Positions 22,831-31,971 of a DNA stretch of 64,000 bases are shown here, piece after piece (the stretch's first letter is position 1; every line of letters begins with the position of its first letter). Source of the stretch: Granulicella sp. (GTDB lineage: Bacteria; Acidobacteriota; Terriglobia; Terriglobales; Acidobacteriaceae); the NCBI GenBank assembly GCA_027339965.1, contig DAHWNL010000030.1, positions 19,687-83,686 on the forward strand, written 5' to 3'. A program made the position numbers and the translations under genes. The notes beneath the pieces are model-generated. The model had not been told where the DNA came from, ran no database searches, and was given only the letters and a program-made list of their open reading frames with translations.

Positions 22831-23520
22831 ATGCATCTCAGGCTCGAATCTGCCTTCGTAGGCAACGTCCATATCATCCGATGCAACGGGGCCATCGTCC
22901 TGGGGGAAGAGAGCGGCGCTCTGGAGGGCGCTTTCAGGGAGCGATCCATGGCGTACACCCACTTTGTCCTGACGCTGACTGAAGTAACCCGCCTGGACAG
23001 CATCGGTCTGGGATTGATCGCTCGATACATGACCGCCGTCCGCCAGCGCGGGGGCGACCTTCGCATTGCTGCTCCCTCTGGCTTTGTCTCCAGTCTGCTC
23101 AACAAGACGATGCTCTCGACCGTCATCCGGATCTTCCCCACGGAAGCGGAGGCTGTCGCCTCTTATCATGTCAAATCTGATTCCCGATCGGCGGCATCAC
23201 ACGGCGGACCGCGCGTTCTGGCGATCGACCCCTCTCTGGATCTGTGCGCCTTTGTCCGCACCGTTCTTACCCAGCACCACTTCGCGGTCCATACCTGCAA
23301 CATGCTGCAGGACGCAAAGACCATTCTTCGTTCTAACCCCACGGAGATTCTTCTACTTGGCCCTGGTTCGGCCCATCTCTCCCCGGACACCATGGCCCAG
23401 AGTCTGGGTTCCATCGCTCCAGAGGCAACCATCTTTCGGCTTCCTCCAGAGTTCAAGACACAAAACGCTCAGGAGGCCGCTCGCATCCTTCTTGCGATCT
23501 TCGGCATCCCTGAAAATTGA
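22831..23520 (+). CDS. STAS anti-sigma-factor antagonist fused to a receiver-like domain
   Basis: 'VTRLDSIGLGLI' STAS phospho-Ser motif; C-terminal 'RVLAIDPS...FVRTVL' REC-like. Confidence 0.75.
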   Translation: MHLRLESAFVGNVHIIRCNGAIVLGEESGALEGAFRERSMAYTHFVLTLTEVTRLDSIGLGLIARYMTAVRQRGGDLRIAAPSGFVSSLLNKTMLSTVIRIFPTEAEAVASYHVKSDSRSAASHGGPRVLAIDPSLDLCAFVRTVLTQHHFAVHTCNMLQDAKTILRSNPTEILLLGPGSAHLSPDTMAQSLGSIAPEATIFRLPPEFKTQNAQEAARILLAIFGIPEN

Positions 23521-23723
23521 CGCACCTAATCGGGCCGCAGACCCACGGCGGAAGCCGGAACGCTCTCCCACGAGGCAAGCCCTCCGCGCTTCAAATAACC
23601 TTGTTCAAGGCAGAAACTCCTGAGGAAGCTCCTCACACGGCCGCTGCGCTCCGCAACGGTCCTGCCATCGCTTCCACTCCAAACCGTGGATCTTCCAAGG
23701 TACGGTGCTGCCGTCAAGCTGCA

Positions 23724-24203
23724 TCAATCCATTGGATTGAACATCAACACTTGAGGGTAAGAGTTTCCATCCCTGGTCGTCAGGGTCTCCCGCAACAGCA
23801 ACGTGCCTTTATCCTTGGAGATGGACAATACTCCATCCAGGGTTGTTCCATCTGCGAATACGAGATGCTCGTGACCTTTGCGGTCGATTCCGAACTTGCT
23901 TCCTGGCAGATTTTCTACCGGCAACAACTCGCCGTTCTGCGGCCCCGTCCAGGACGCTTTGGTTGTCCGTCCGGAGCTGTCCTGAGTAACAAAGTTCATG
24001 CTAAGGTTGCTCGGCTTGTCGCTGGTGACGGTAAAGGTCACGGAGTTTAACCTCGGCCCACCGCCAAAGTCTGACCGAAGCTGATCCAGCTCCCAGTTGC
24101 TTGGCACGGGTAACTTCGGACCTGATGGCCATCTGACCGCTGAGCACACGGTTGCTGCACACAACAACGGAACGACCGCTAGAAGCCTCCACCCACCTTT
24201 CAT
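23724..24203 (-). CDS. hypothetical secreted beta-rich protein
   Basis: Signal peptide MKGGWRLLAVVPLLCAA; 'WELDQLRSDFG'; GGGAAGAG upstream. Confidence 0.6.
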   Translation of the reverse strand: MKGGWRLLAVVPLLCAATVCSAVRWPSGPKLPVPSNWELDQLRSDFGGGPRLNSVTFTVTSDKPSNLSMNFVTQDSSGRTTKASWTGPQNGELLPVENLPGSKFGIDRKGHEHLVFADGTTLDGVLSISKDKGTLLLRETLTTRDGNSYPQVLMFNPMD

Positions 24204-24428
24204 CGCTCTTCCCCTCGCTGGCCCTGGACTTGTGCTACCTTCTTGAAGCTGGTTGATCATACCTCCGAGCATGGCGGCACGCAATACCTCTTCGAGCACT
24301 CTCTCGCTTGCCCCTGTAGCAACCCTGCTGGCCGGCAGAACCGCTCCGCGGCGATCTCCGGGCAGGTTCGAAGATCGCCCTGACCTCGCGTCGCGTCCCT
24401 TCTGGCGGAGAGCTACACTAGAGAAGCG

Positions 24429-25157
24429 ATGCCTCGTTCCACGCCTTTGCAGGCCAAACTGGACAACATCACGACACAGACCCGGGCCTTGGTACAGCCT
24501 GAGCGCCTTGCCATTACAGAAAGAGCCGTCCACGACCTTTTATTCACCGGCATCGAAGACCAAATCCTGCCGGTTGGCGCCATGGCGCCCCCGTTTGATC
24601 TTCCCGATGCAACGGCTACATCTCTTCGCAACTTATCTCCGGCCAACGCCCGCTTCATCCGCTCCTCTGACCTGCTGGCGATCGGGCCGCTCATCCTTCT
24701 GTTCTTCCGTGGGCGCTGGTGTCCTTATTGCATGACCCAGTTAGAAGCCTGGCAGGCCGCCTTTCCACAGGTCCGCGACCGCGGGGCCCTGCTGGTGGCG
24801 ATCTCGCCCCAGCTCCCCCGCCAGAACGACTTCACCGCGCAGCACCACGGCCTGACGTATCCGCTGCTCTCGGATGCAGGCTGCCGGATCGCCGAGGCCT
24901 TCCGCGTGGCCTACAACCTTCCCGAACCCCTCCAAGAGCACTATCGGTCCATGATGATACATCTCCCTTTCATCCATGGCGACCAAGGCTCCAATACTTG
25001 GAGGCTTCCGATCCCGGCTACCTTCATCCTTGCCCCCTCAGGCGAGATCCTCTTCGCCGAGGCCCATGCAGACCACCGAGTTCGTCCCGACCCCTACGAC
25101 ATCCTGGACGCGCTGGACAACTGGCGGCGCAGTAGCCTATCAGGACCCACTTCGTGA
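24429..25157 (+). CDS. peroxiredoxin-like AhpC/TSA family protein
   Basis: APPFDLPD, FFRGRWCPYC, LVAISPQ, LLSD, PIPATFI. Confidence 0.9.
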   Translation: MPRSTPLQAKLDNITTQTRALVQPERLAITERAVHDLLFTGIEDQILPVGAMAPPFDLPDATATSLRNLSPANARFIRSSDLLAIGPLILLFFRGRWCPYCMTQLEAWQAAFPQVRDRGALLVAISPQLPRQNDFTAQHHGLTYPLLSDAGCRIAEAFRVAYNLPEPLQEHYRSMMIHLPFIHGDQGSNTWRLPIPATFILAPSGEILFAEAHADHRVRPDPYDILDALDNWRRSSLSGPTS

Positions 25158-25303
25158 GATCTCCCTGCGAGCCCAATTTCTGGTTGCTGAGAAGTATGGG
25201 AAACTTCGGCAATGAACACGGTCATGCTCTCCGCAAGCCTCTCTGGCGCAAGCCTCTCTCGATTGATAGGCTCCTGATAGACTCCACCCCCAAGGCCCAG
25301 GAA

Positions 25304-25469
25304 GGAACCGGCGGACGGACAGGCGTCTCGGTTACCTGGTCCCCAAAGCCGACAGGGTTACCACGGACCTGAGCCATCTTCTGGACGAGATCCCACTCTT
25401 CGCCGGTCTATTTCCCAACCCGGAGTCGTAATTCCAATTGGGACCAGTGCCTCGACCGCCCGCTGTTCC
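25304..25469 (+). ncRNA. candidate rod-shaped structured RNA (6S-like?)
   Basis: Nested complementary segments across 166 nt between convergent genes; G-U pairs slightly favour the + strand. Confidence 0.45.
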
Positions 25470-25542
25470 AGTCTCATCCTTTCTTGTTCCATGCAGATAC
25501 CTGTCTGCCCCGAGCGCCGCTGCATTCAGCCAGACCCAGCCT

Positions 25543-27042
25543 CTACGCACCCACCACATCCGACAAGGAGAGCTGTGGCTCTAGCTGTTCTGCTTGTCGC
25601 GAGAGGCTCACCTGCGGAGCCAGACCTCTTTCCAACTTCGCAATCACATCCATTGCGCTGTAACTCGTCGCACCCGGGCGGAGGAACTGAGCCAGGGTCG
25701 CCAGGTCGTCGCCGGCCGTAACCAACCCCGGCTCCACTCGATTCCCGGGTAGAACCTGCGCCAGCCCGATGTTGGCAAACAGACCATTGCAGATACACTT
25801 TCGTCCTACGGTCTCCTCCAAGTGCCCTTGCTTGGAGAGATAGATGCTGAGGGGTTCGGCGGCGCAGCGATAGCCGATACCTCCGTCCGTCGTGCGGTAA
25901 GCCTGGCGCAAGTACCCAAGGTTGCAGATCCGTGGCCGGGCCGCATACACCTCCTCCTGGGAGGCCGTGCCCTCCAGACAGGCCACCTTGAACGGAAAAC
26001 CCGTAGGCGAGGCCAGGGGATCGGTAAATACTCTCGCCGTACCCGCAACCACGCTCGCCAGCAACTCCCGTTTGTACTCTCGCTTCAAGCCGGACTCGTC
26101 GGCCAAGGCGAAGGCTGTTCCTACCTGCACTCCCGCGGCTCCTGCGGCCAGTGCCTCAAGCAGCTTTTCCGCGCTGCCATAGCCGCCAGCCAGCCAGAAA
26201 GGGACTCCCAAATCACAGAGCTTCTCGATGTCCACTGCATCACGCTCGCCATAGATCGGCTCACCCGAAGAACTCAACTGCATCTTCCCGCGCGGAGGGG
26301 CATTGTGTCCGCCCGCGGTCTGGGTCTCGATCACTAACCCATCCACTCGTCCATTGGCCTTCCTCGTCATCGTAATCGCCAGCGTATTCGAGGAGACAAT
26401 CGCCAAAAACCTGGGTCTCTGTAGAGCAGGCAGAGCGCACTCCGCATATTCGCTCGGATCAAAGCGCATCATCACATCGTCGCTTTCCAGCGCCCCTGCC
26501 ACATGCAACGGATACTCCGCCGGACGATGCTGCGCATAGGCATCCAGCACCCCAGGGATCCTTAGCGGAATCCCGGCGCCCATAATCACATACCCCACCC
26601 CCGCCAGCATCGCCCCATAGATGCTAGGCAGGATCGCCGTCTGGATCTTTTCCAGATAGTTGATGCCTACCGGATTCCCGTGCCCCTCACGGGCCAGAAA
26701 CACCTCCACAAAGTTGGCCACCATGCACAACTCCGTCAACTCCCGTGGATTGTCCTTCACCAGCAGAGGAATCGAGCGATAGGGAGTTCGGTCCGGCTTT
26801 CCACCCTCGATGAAATAAGCCTGCCATATACGCTTGGCCATCGCCGGAAAGGGAAAAGCTTCCAGGGCCCGCCGCATTTGTCCACCTGGATCACCCTGTT
26901 GCAGCCGCCGCGCCAGCACCTGATCCAGCGCCGTTCCAGAGACTACGCCCAGATGCCCCGCCGCAGAGACCGTCCGCGCCAGCTTCCAGTTGGAGACCCC
27001 AACCCCCATTCCGCCTTGGATAATCCTGCTGTACTCAGTCAT
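25543..27042 (-). CDS. nitronate monooxygenase-family flavoprotein
   Basis: IIQGGMGVGVS, AGGHN, LAGGY, GAAGVQVGTAF, SPTGFP. Confidence 0.88.
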   Translation of the reverse strand: MTEYSRIIQGGMGVGVSNWKLARTVSAAGHLGVVSGTALDQVLARRLQQGDPGGQMRRALEAFPFPAMAKRIWQAYFIEGGKPDRTPYRSIPLLVKDNPRELTELCMVANFVEVFLAREGHGNPVGINYLEKIQTAILPSIYGAMLAGVGYVIMGAGIPLRIPGVLDAYAQHRPAEYPLHVAGALESDDVMMRFDPSEYAECALPALQRPRFLAIVSSNTLAITMTRKANGRVDGLVIETQTAGGHNAPPRGKMQLSSSGEPIYGERDAVDIEKLCDLGVPFWLAGGYGSAEKLLEALAAGAAGVQVGTAFALADESGLKREYKRELLASVVAGTARVFTDPLASPTGFPFKVACLEGTASQEEVYAARPRICNLGYLRQAYRTTDGGIGYRCAAEPLSIYLSKQGHLEETVGRKCICNGLFANIGLAQVLPGNRVEPGLVTAGDDLATLAQFLRPGATSYSAMDVIAKLERGLAPQVSLSRQAEQLEPQLSLSDVVGA

Positions 27043-27185
27043 GCTTCAATTTTTTCACTTCGCTCAACGTAGAAAAGTATTAGTTTTGTAACCTTGGATG
27101 TAGCCGGAAAGACGATCCGAGATTCTCATGCTTGTCGCCCACTGCGCGAACAAACATCTTCAACTCTTGCCGGTCCTTGCCTTTC

Positions 27186-27677
27186 TCATGCCTGGACAAT
27201 CAAGGCTTGCGCCTCTCCATGGCCGCACGGCTCATATCCAAAGTGCCTGTGCAACTGCTCGGAGCGGTATCGGAAGATCTTCTCAATGTCTGGACGAACG
27301 AACCAGCGATGGAGTGCAAAATCGAAGGGAACGGAATACTCCACATGGTCTCGCACTCGGGTTCCACCGTCGCAGGCTTCAAAGGTATGGCGATGAACCC
27401 ACTTCCGATACGGGCCGCGGAGCTGCTCATCGACAAAGCAGCGCGGCGGCTGCCAGAGGCCGATGCGCGTTCGCCAGCGGACGGCGATACCGTGAATCCT
27501 CAGTTTGTATTCAATCAACGCGCCCTCCTGCATTTCGATCCTTCCCGGATTCAGGATTTTAAAGTTTAGCCATGGCGGCGTAATCTTCTCAAGATTGGCT
27601 GCGTCGGCGAAGAACGGAAACAACGCTTCGGGAGCCAATGGCAACCATATCTCGCTTTTGTACTCTCGGATCTTCAT
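27186..27677 (-). CDS. SRPBCC family protein
   Basis: 'FFADAANLEKITPP', 'FVDEQLRGPYRKWVHRHTF', 'IFRYR'. Confidence 0.88.
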   Translation of the reverse strand: MKIREYKSEIWLPLAPEALFPFFADAANLEKITPPWLNFKILNPGRIEMQEGALIEYKLRIHGIAVRWRTRIGLWQPPRCFVDEQLRGPYRKWVHRHTFEACDGGTRVRDHVEYSVPFDFALHRWFVRPDIEKIFRYRSEQLHRHFGYEPCGHGEAQALIVQA

Positions 27678-27949
27678 GATCCTCTCCCTTAATCTCCTTC
27701 TGCAACCTGCTTTTGTCATTCATTGCGCAAAGAAGTCTTCCACTACTGCTTTCACCCACTCCGGGGGCAGCCTCGCCAAGCTCGCTCTGTTCCTGAGCTC
27801 GCGCCCGCGGTCCGTGGCGCTGCTCCCGGAGTCGATGCAACGGATGGAGCGATGCGGATGGAAGAAGAGGTATCCACCGCCGAAGGAGGCTCGCCCCTCG
27901 TGTCGGCATGGCCATTGCCACCATCCATCAGGATTCACGGGCTTTGGTG

Positions 27950-28285
27950 TCACCTCGCCCCATCCTCGGCCGCTTCCGGCCGCCAGCCCAACCGTTCCGC
28001 CTCTTCGCTAGTCAAACGCAAGAGGTAAAAAAAGCCGTTGGGGCTTTCGATGTGTTCCATCACGTCCCGAAGATCCGAACCACGAACGAGAAGCGGATTC
28101 ACAATATCAATCAGTTCCCACTCATCAGCAAACACCCTGTCCATCGCCTTGGTTCGGTAGTCGCCGCGGGCGCTCCAAGGGCGAATTCGCACAGAATAGG
28201 CGCAACTCCCGCTCTGCTCAGCGCGCGTGCAATAAAGATGCACCAAATATCGACGCCGCGAATGGATGGATGCCGGCCTCTGCAT
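27950..28285 (-). CDS. hypothetical protein (111 aa)
   Basis: Starts 8 nt after the crtO stop, same strand as the operon, protein-like composition. Confidence 0.5.
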   Translation of the reverse strand: MQRPASIHSRRRYLVHLYCTRAEQSGSCAYSVRIRPWSARGDYRTKAMDRVFADEWELIDIVNPLLVRGSDLRDVMEHIESPNGFFYLLRLTSEEAERLGWRPEAAEDGAR

Positions 28286-28293
28286 GGCTTGCC

Positions 28294-28773
28294 TCACTGC
28301 ATATCCAGAATTGGCCGCAGGGACTGAAGCCTGCGCCCCAACACGATGCGGTTGTAGCGTTGGGCGACGATGCAGGGCAGATTGACGCAAAGCGCATACG
28401 CCGTCATGACCACGCACGCCCACGGCGGGTTCCACAAAAAAAACAGCGGCGAACAAAGAAGCATGCCCCAATGAGCCATCTCGGCTCGACGGGTCTCTAC
28501 CACAAACTGCAGGAGGTAGGCTGGCTCCCGGGAGCGCAATCTCTTCTTTGCAAACCCTCCTAACCAAAAAGCTCCATCCGGTAGCAGCAACTTCCACCTG
28601 CGCACCCTCAGCCAGTCGCGATAGAGATGCCCTTCTCGTTCCCACCCTCGCGGAGCCGTCATCCAGAGATCCTGAGCAAAGATCTGCGCGGGGAGGCGCA
28701 ATGCGAGCCATGAGATGGAAAGTTGAATGACGGGCCAACCCAGAAGATTGGCCGCCCAAATCCACGCAGTCAT
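28294..28773 (-). CDS. crtO: glycosyl-4,4'-diaponeurosporenoate acyltransferase-like
   Basis: 'VRRWKLLLPDG', 'ETRRAEMAHW', 'NLPCIVAQRYNR'. Confidence 0.88.
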   Translation of the reverse strand: MTAWIWAANLLGWPVIQLSISWLALRLPAQIFAQDLWMTAPRGWEREGHLYRDWLRVRRWKLLLPDGAFWLGGFAKKRLRSREPAYLLQFVVETRRAEMAHWGMLLCSPLFFLWNPPWACVVMTAYALCVNLPCIVAQRYNRIVLGRRLQSLRPILDMQ

Positions 28774-29843
28774 ACCTGACGGCCCCTCCATGTAGCCCTG
28801 CGCCCTAGAGCGCTACGCACGGCCGAGCGCCCAAAGAGAAAGCAAAAGTAAAACAATGGCAAGGGATAGAGCAGACAGGTCAAAACTCGATAGTTACCCA
28901 GTCGATGAATCATCCAGCCAATCTGCATACTCAAAGCAATGTATACCAAGGCTAGGCCGGCGCGGCTGTGGCTGCTGGAACTCACCAGCAAGAGCAGCAT
29001 GGACCAGAGCACGCTGATCCACAAAATGGCTAAGCCAAGAATCAGCCCTCCAGAGTCCGCAGCGCCCTGAAGAAGAGCCTTGCTCAGGCTCTCCGACATC
29101 TGGCGGAACCCGTTTGGGAACATTCGCATCTGTAGAGTTCCCTCGCCTCCGAGGCAGAGGATCCTTGCGCCGCACTCGCGAAACCGATTTGCCCAGCGAA
29201 GATTTTCCAACACCACTCCAGGTATCGCCGCGTGTCCGCCAGCCGCAAAGTAAACCTCCCTGGAGAGCAGCAAGAACTGGCCGAAGAGCCTTGCCGAAGC
29301 AATCGGACTGAAGCCCCCTGCACCGGCTGCCATCACGATGTGGAAGAAGATGGAAAGCTGTTCGTAAACTCTTTCCATAATGTGGTGGGGCAGCACCGAT
29401 AGAACCAGACTGGGATCCTGCTCCCTTGCCCAGAAGGAGAGCAGCCGTTCCAGTCCACCGGGAAGAAAATATGTGTCGGCATCCAGAAACAGAAAAACCT
29501 CGCCCGATGCGCTCTGTGCTCCCCGATAGCAGGACCAGGACTTGCCCGTCCATCCGGCGGGCCTTTCTCCCGCCACAAGCACGCGAGCTCCCAGACTGCT
29601 GGCGAGTGCAGCCGTCTTGTCGGTCGAGCCATCATCGACGACTAACACCTCCACAGCCCCGATCGACGCGCCTGCAATAGAACTCAACAGACGAGGCAGA
29701 TTCTTCTCCTCGTCGCGTGCGGGGATGATGATGGAGAGATTTTCTCGCGTGCCTACTCCAGCGGGCGGACAGGAGGGAATGCGCCAGATAAGAAGAAGGC
29801 CGGCGGAGAGCCCCAGCGCCCCTAGCAGAATGACAGGCATCAT
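28770..29843 (-). CDS. crtQ: GT2 carotenoid glycosyltransferase
   Basis: SIIIPARDEE, VVDDGSTD, GWTGKSWSC, FLDAD; position in crt operon. Confidence 0.8.
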   Translation of the reverse strand: MMPVILLGALGLSAGLLLIWRIPSCPPAGVGTRENLSIIIPARDEEKNLPRLLSSIAGASIGAVEVLVVDDGSTDKTAALASSLGARVLVAGERPAGWTGKSWSCYRGAQSASGEVFLFLDADTYFLPGGLERLLSFWAREQDPSLVLSVLPHHIMERVYEQLSIFFHIVMAAGAGGFSPIASARLFGQFLLLSREVYFAAGGHAAIPGVVLENLRWANRFRECGARILCLGGEGTLQMRMFPNGFRQMSESLSKALLQGAADSGGLILGLAILWISVLWSMLLLLVSSSSHSRAGLALVYIALSMQIGWMIHRLGNYRVLTCLLYPLPLFYFCFLFGRSAVRSALGRRATWRGRQV

Positions 29844-31357
29844 AGGGCCTCTTTCGCTTCTTGCTCTACGATCATCTGCGCTACATGCTGGCCGCTCAGC
29901 GCCACCATGGGCATGCCTGCGCCGGGATTTGTGCTGCCGCCGACGAAGAAAAGATTAGGAAACTGGAAGCTCCGCTTGGGAGCCTTGAACGCGAAGTTGC
30001 TACGCCTGTCGCAGACCACGCCATAGATCGAGCCTCGGTGAGAACCATAGCGCGCTTCAATGTCAAAGGGCGTCCAGAAATCCTCTACGACGATGTGCCG
30101 GCGAAGATCGCTCATCCCCATTCGTTCAAGCTTGTCCAGGCAGACGTCCTTGAGCGCCTCATAGTCTTTGCGAGTGGTGGGGTGGGAGTCGTCGAGTGAG
30201 GGAATATGAGGCAGGATCTTGATATTGTCACAACCTTCCGGCGCCTGGGTAGGGTCGGATCGCGTCGGCGCCACTACGTAGAGCGTGGGATCGTCAGGAA
30301 GCTTCCCCTCCCGAAATACGCGTCGGAAGTGCTGGTGGAGATCTTTCGAGTAGAAGAAGTTGTGGTGGGCAAGCTGGGGGTACACGCGATCCAGGCCCAG
30401 ATGAAGGACGATTCCGGAACAGGACGGCTTGAAGCGGCGCAGCTTCTTCATGGCGTAAGCCGGAGCGTGCAGCAGCTTCTGCATCGCCGGAATTACCTCC
30501 ATGTTGGAGACGATGTAATCAGCCTTGACCAGGCCATCTGAGCCATCAGAGCCACGGGTCCTCACTCCAGTCACCAACCCGCCGGCGCTCTCGATCTGCT
30601 GCACCTCCTGCCCTAAAAGCAAGGTAACTCCGCACTCCTCCATACGTCGCTGAAAGGCCCGGGCCAGTTCGTAGAGACCTCCCGAGACATACCAGAGGCC
30701 AAACTCCATCTGGATGTTTGGCATCAGGTTCATGAACGCTGGCGAATCCAGAGCGCTTGAACCCACATACTTAATGAAATACTCGAAGATGTCTCTGAGG
30801 TATCGATTGCTCAGGCGGCCTTGAATGCTGCCCGCCATTGATCGCAGATAGTCAAGGTCGCGCGCGTCTTTCCAACCATAGAAGCGAAGAAACTGGCCAA
30901 ACGTGTCCAGACCGTGGCGAAGGTAGCCGCGTTCAACAATCTCAAACTGCCGGCGAGAGTAGGCGAGAAAGCTCTCATACTCATCACTCGTCTGCGAGCC
31001 GAAGCGTTTCAACTCCTGGCGCATCTTCTTGGGGTCTTCCCAGAGGTCAACCACAGTTCCATCTTCAAAAAAGTTGCGCCATTGCGGATCCACACGCTGG
31101 AGCTTGACGTAGTCTTCCAGCTTCCTGCCGTCGTCTTCAAAGATCGGCCGAAAGATCTGGGGCAAGGTGAAGATCGACGGGCCAAGATCGAAACGAAATC
31201 CCTCCGTTTCCAGCAGATTCAGCTTGCCTCCTGCATGGAAGTTCTTTTCCAGCACCGTCACCTGAAACCCTTTGCCGGCCAGCATGATCGCAGCCGACAT
31301 CCCACCGATTCCCGCTCCAATGACGACGACATGCATGTCCTTCGCTGCAGGTTTCAT
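29840..31357 (-). CDS. crtP: diapolycopene/diaponeurosporene oxygenase (CrtP/CrtNb)
   Basis: FDLGPSI, YFIKYVGSS, GLWYVSGG, LAHHNFF, DDPTLY; resembles staphylococcal CrtP as I recall it. Confidence 0.82.
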   Translation of the reverse strand: MKPAAKDMHVVVIGAGIGGMSAAIMLAGKGFQVTVLEKNFHAGGKLNLLETEGFRFDLGPSIFTLPQIFRPIFEDDGRKLEDYVKLQRVDPQWRNFFEDGTVVDLWEDPKKMRQELKRFGSQTSDEYESFLAYSRRQFEIVERGYLRHGLDTFGQFLRFYGWKDARDLDYLRSMAGSIQGRLSNRYLRDIFEYFIKYVGSSALDSPAFMNLMPNIQMEFGLWYVSGGLYELARAFQRRMEECGVTLLLGQEVQQIESAGGLVTGVRTRGSDGSDGLVKADYIVSNMEVIPAMQKLLHAPAYAMKKLRRFKPSCSGIVLHLGLDRVYPQLAHHNFFYSKDLHQHFRRVFREGKLPDDPTLYVVAPTRSDPTQAPEGCDNIKILPHIPSLDDSHPTTRKDYEALKDVCLDKLERMGMSDLRRHIVVEDFWTPFDIEARYGSHRGSIYGVVCDRRSNFAFKAPKRSFQFPNLFFVGGSTNPGAGMPMVALSGQHVAQMIVEQEAKEAL

Positions 31358-31971
31358 AAGCCTCGCACCATGACGATCGTGATCTGTTTGGGGTGCTCAC
31401 CCAAATGAAAGCAACACTTGTGATAGCGGGGTGGTCCCAGGCGCGCGGGCGGATTGTTGGAGGCTCCAACCGGTTCCCGCGGCAGACCGAAGAAGTTATG
31501 ATCCAGCTTGTGGTTGCGGTTCAGGTCCTCATAGACGCTGACGGCATAGTCTCCTCGCGGCAGGTCGACAACAAAACGCATCTGTCCCCTTCTTGCCGGA
31601 ATCGTTAGAAAGCCATGCAAAATAGCCTTGTCGCGGTCTCCAGGAAACCCTGAGGCAGAGTCGAAGATCAGATAGCCAAGATCTCCCTGCGCTCCGCTGG
31701 TCAGCCTGACGTTCACTGTGAGTTGCGTCTTCGGTTTCATCTCGGCGCTGGTCTTGGGGACAAAAAGGAGAGCCAACATCCAGAGAACCGTCAAGGAAGA
31801 GAAAATCGCAGCTACGCGGGCTCGGCTGGTGCCGACACTCCGCTGCTTGGCCAGATCAAGACAGTCGCAGCCGAGGAATAGATCCAAGCGGATCTTTTGC
31901 CTGTGCGGATCCCTAACGGTAGAGGCCCGCAGCGCCTTGCTTGAAATCCGACCTGCTTTCAGGAAGCTCAT
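31354..31971 (-). CDS. DUF2141 domain protein
   Basis: 'GDYAVSVYEDLNRNHKLDHNFFGLPREPVGASNN'; true start may be further downstream. Confidence 0.8.
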   Translation of the reverse strand: MSFLKAGRISSKALRASTVRDPHRQKIRLDLFLGCDCLDLAKQRSVGTSRARVAAIFSSLTVLWMLALLFVPKTSAEMKPKTQLTVNVRLTSGAQGDLGYLIFDSASGFPGDRDKAILHGFLTIPARRGQMRFVVDLPRGDYAVSVYEDLNRNHKLDHNFFGLPREPVGASNNPPARLGPPRYHKCCFHLGEHPKQITIVMVRGL

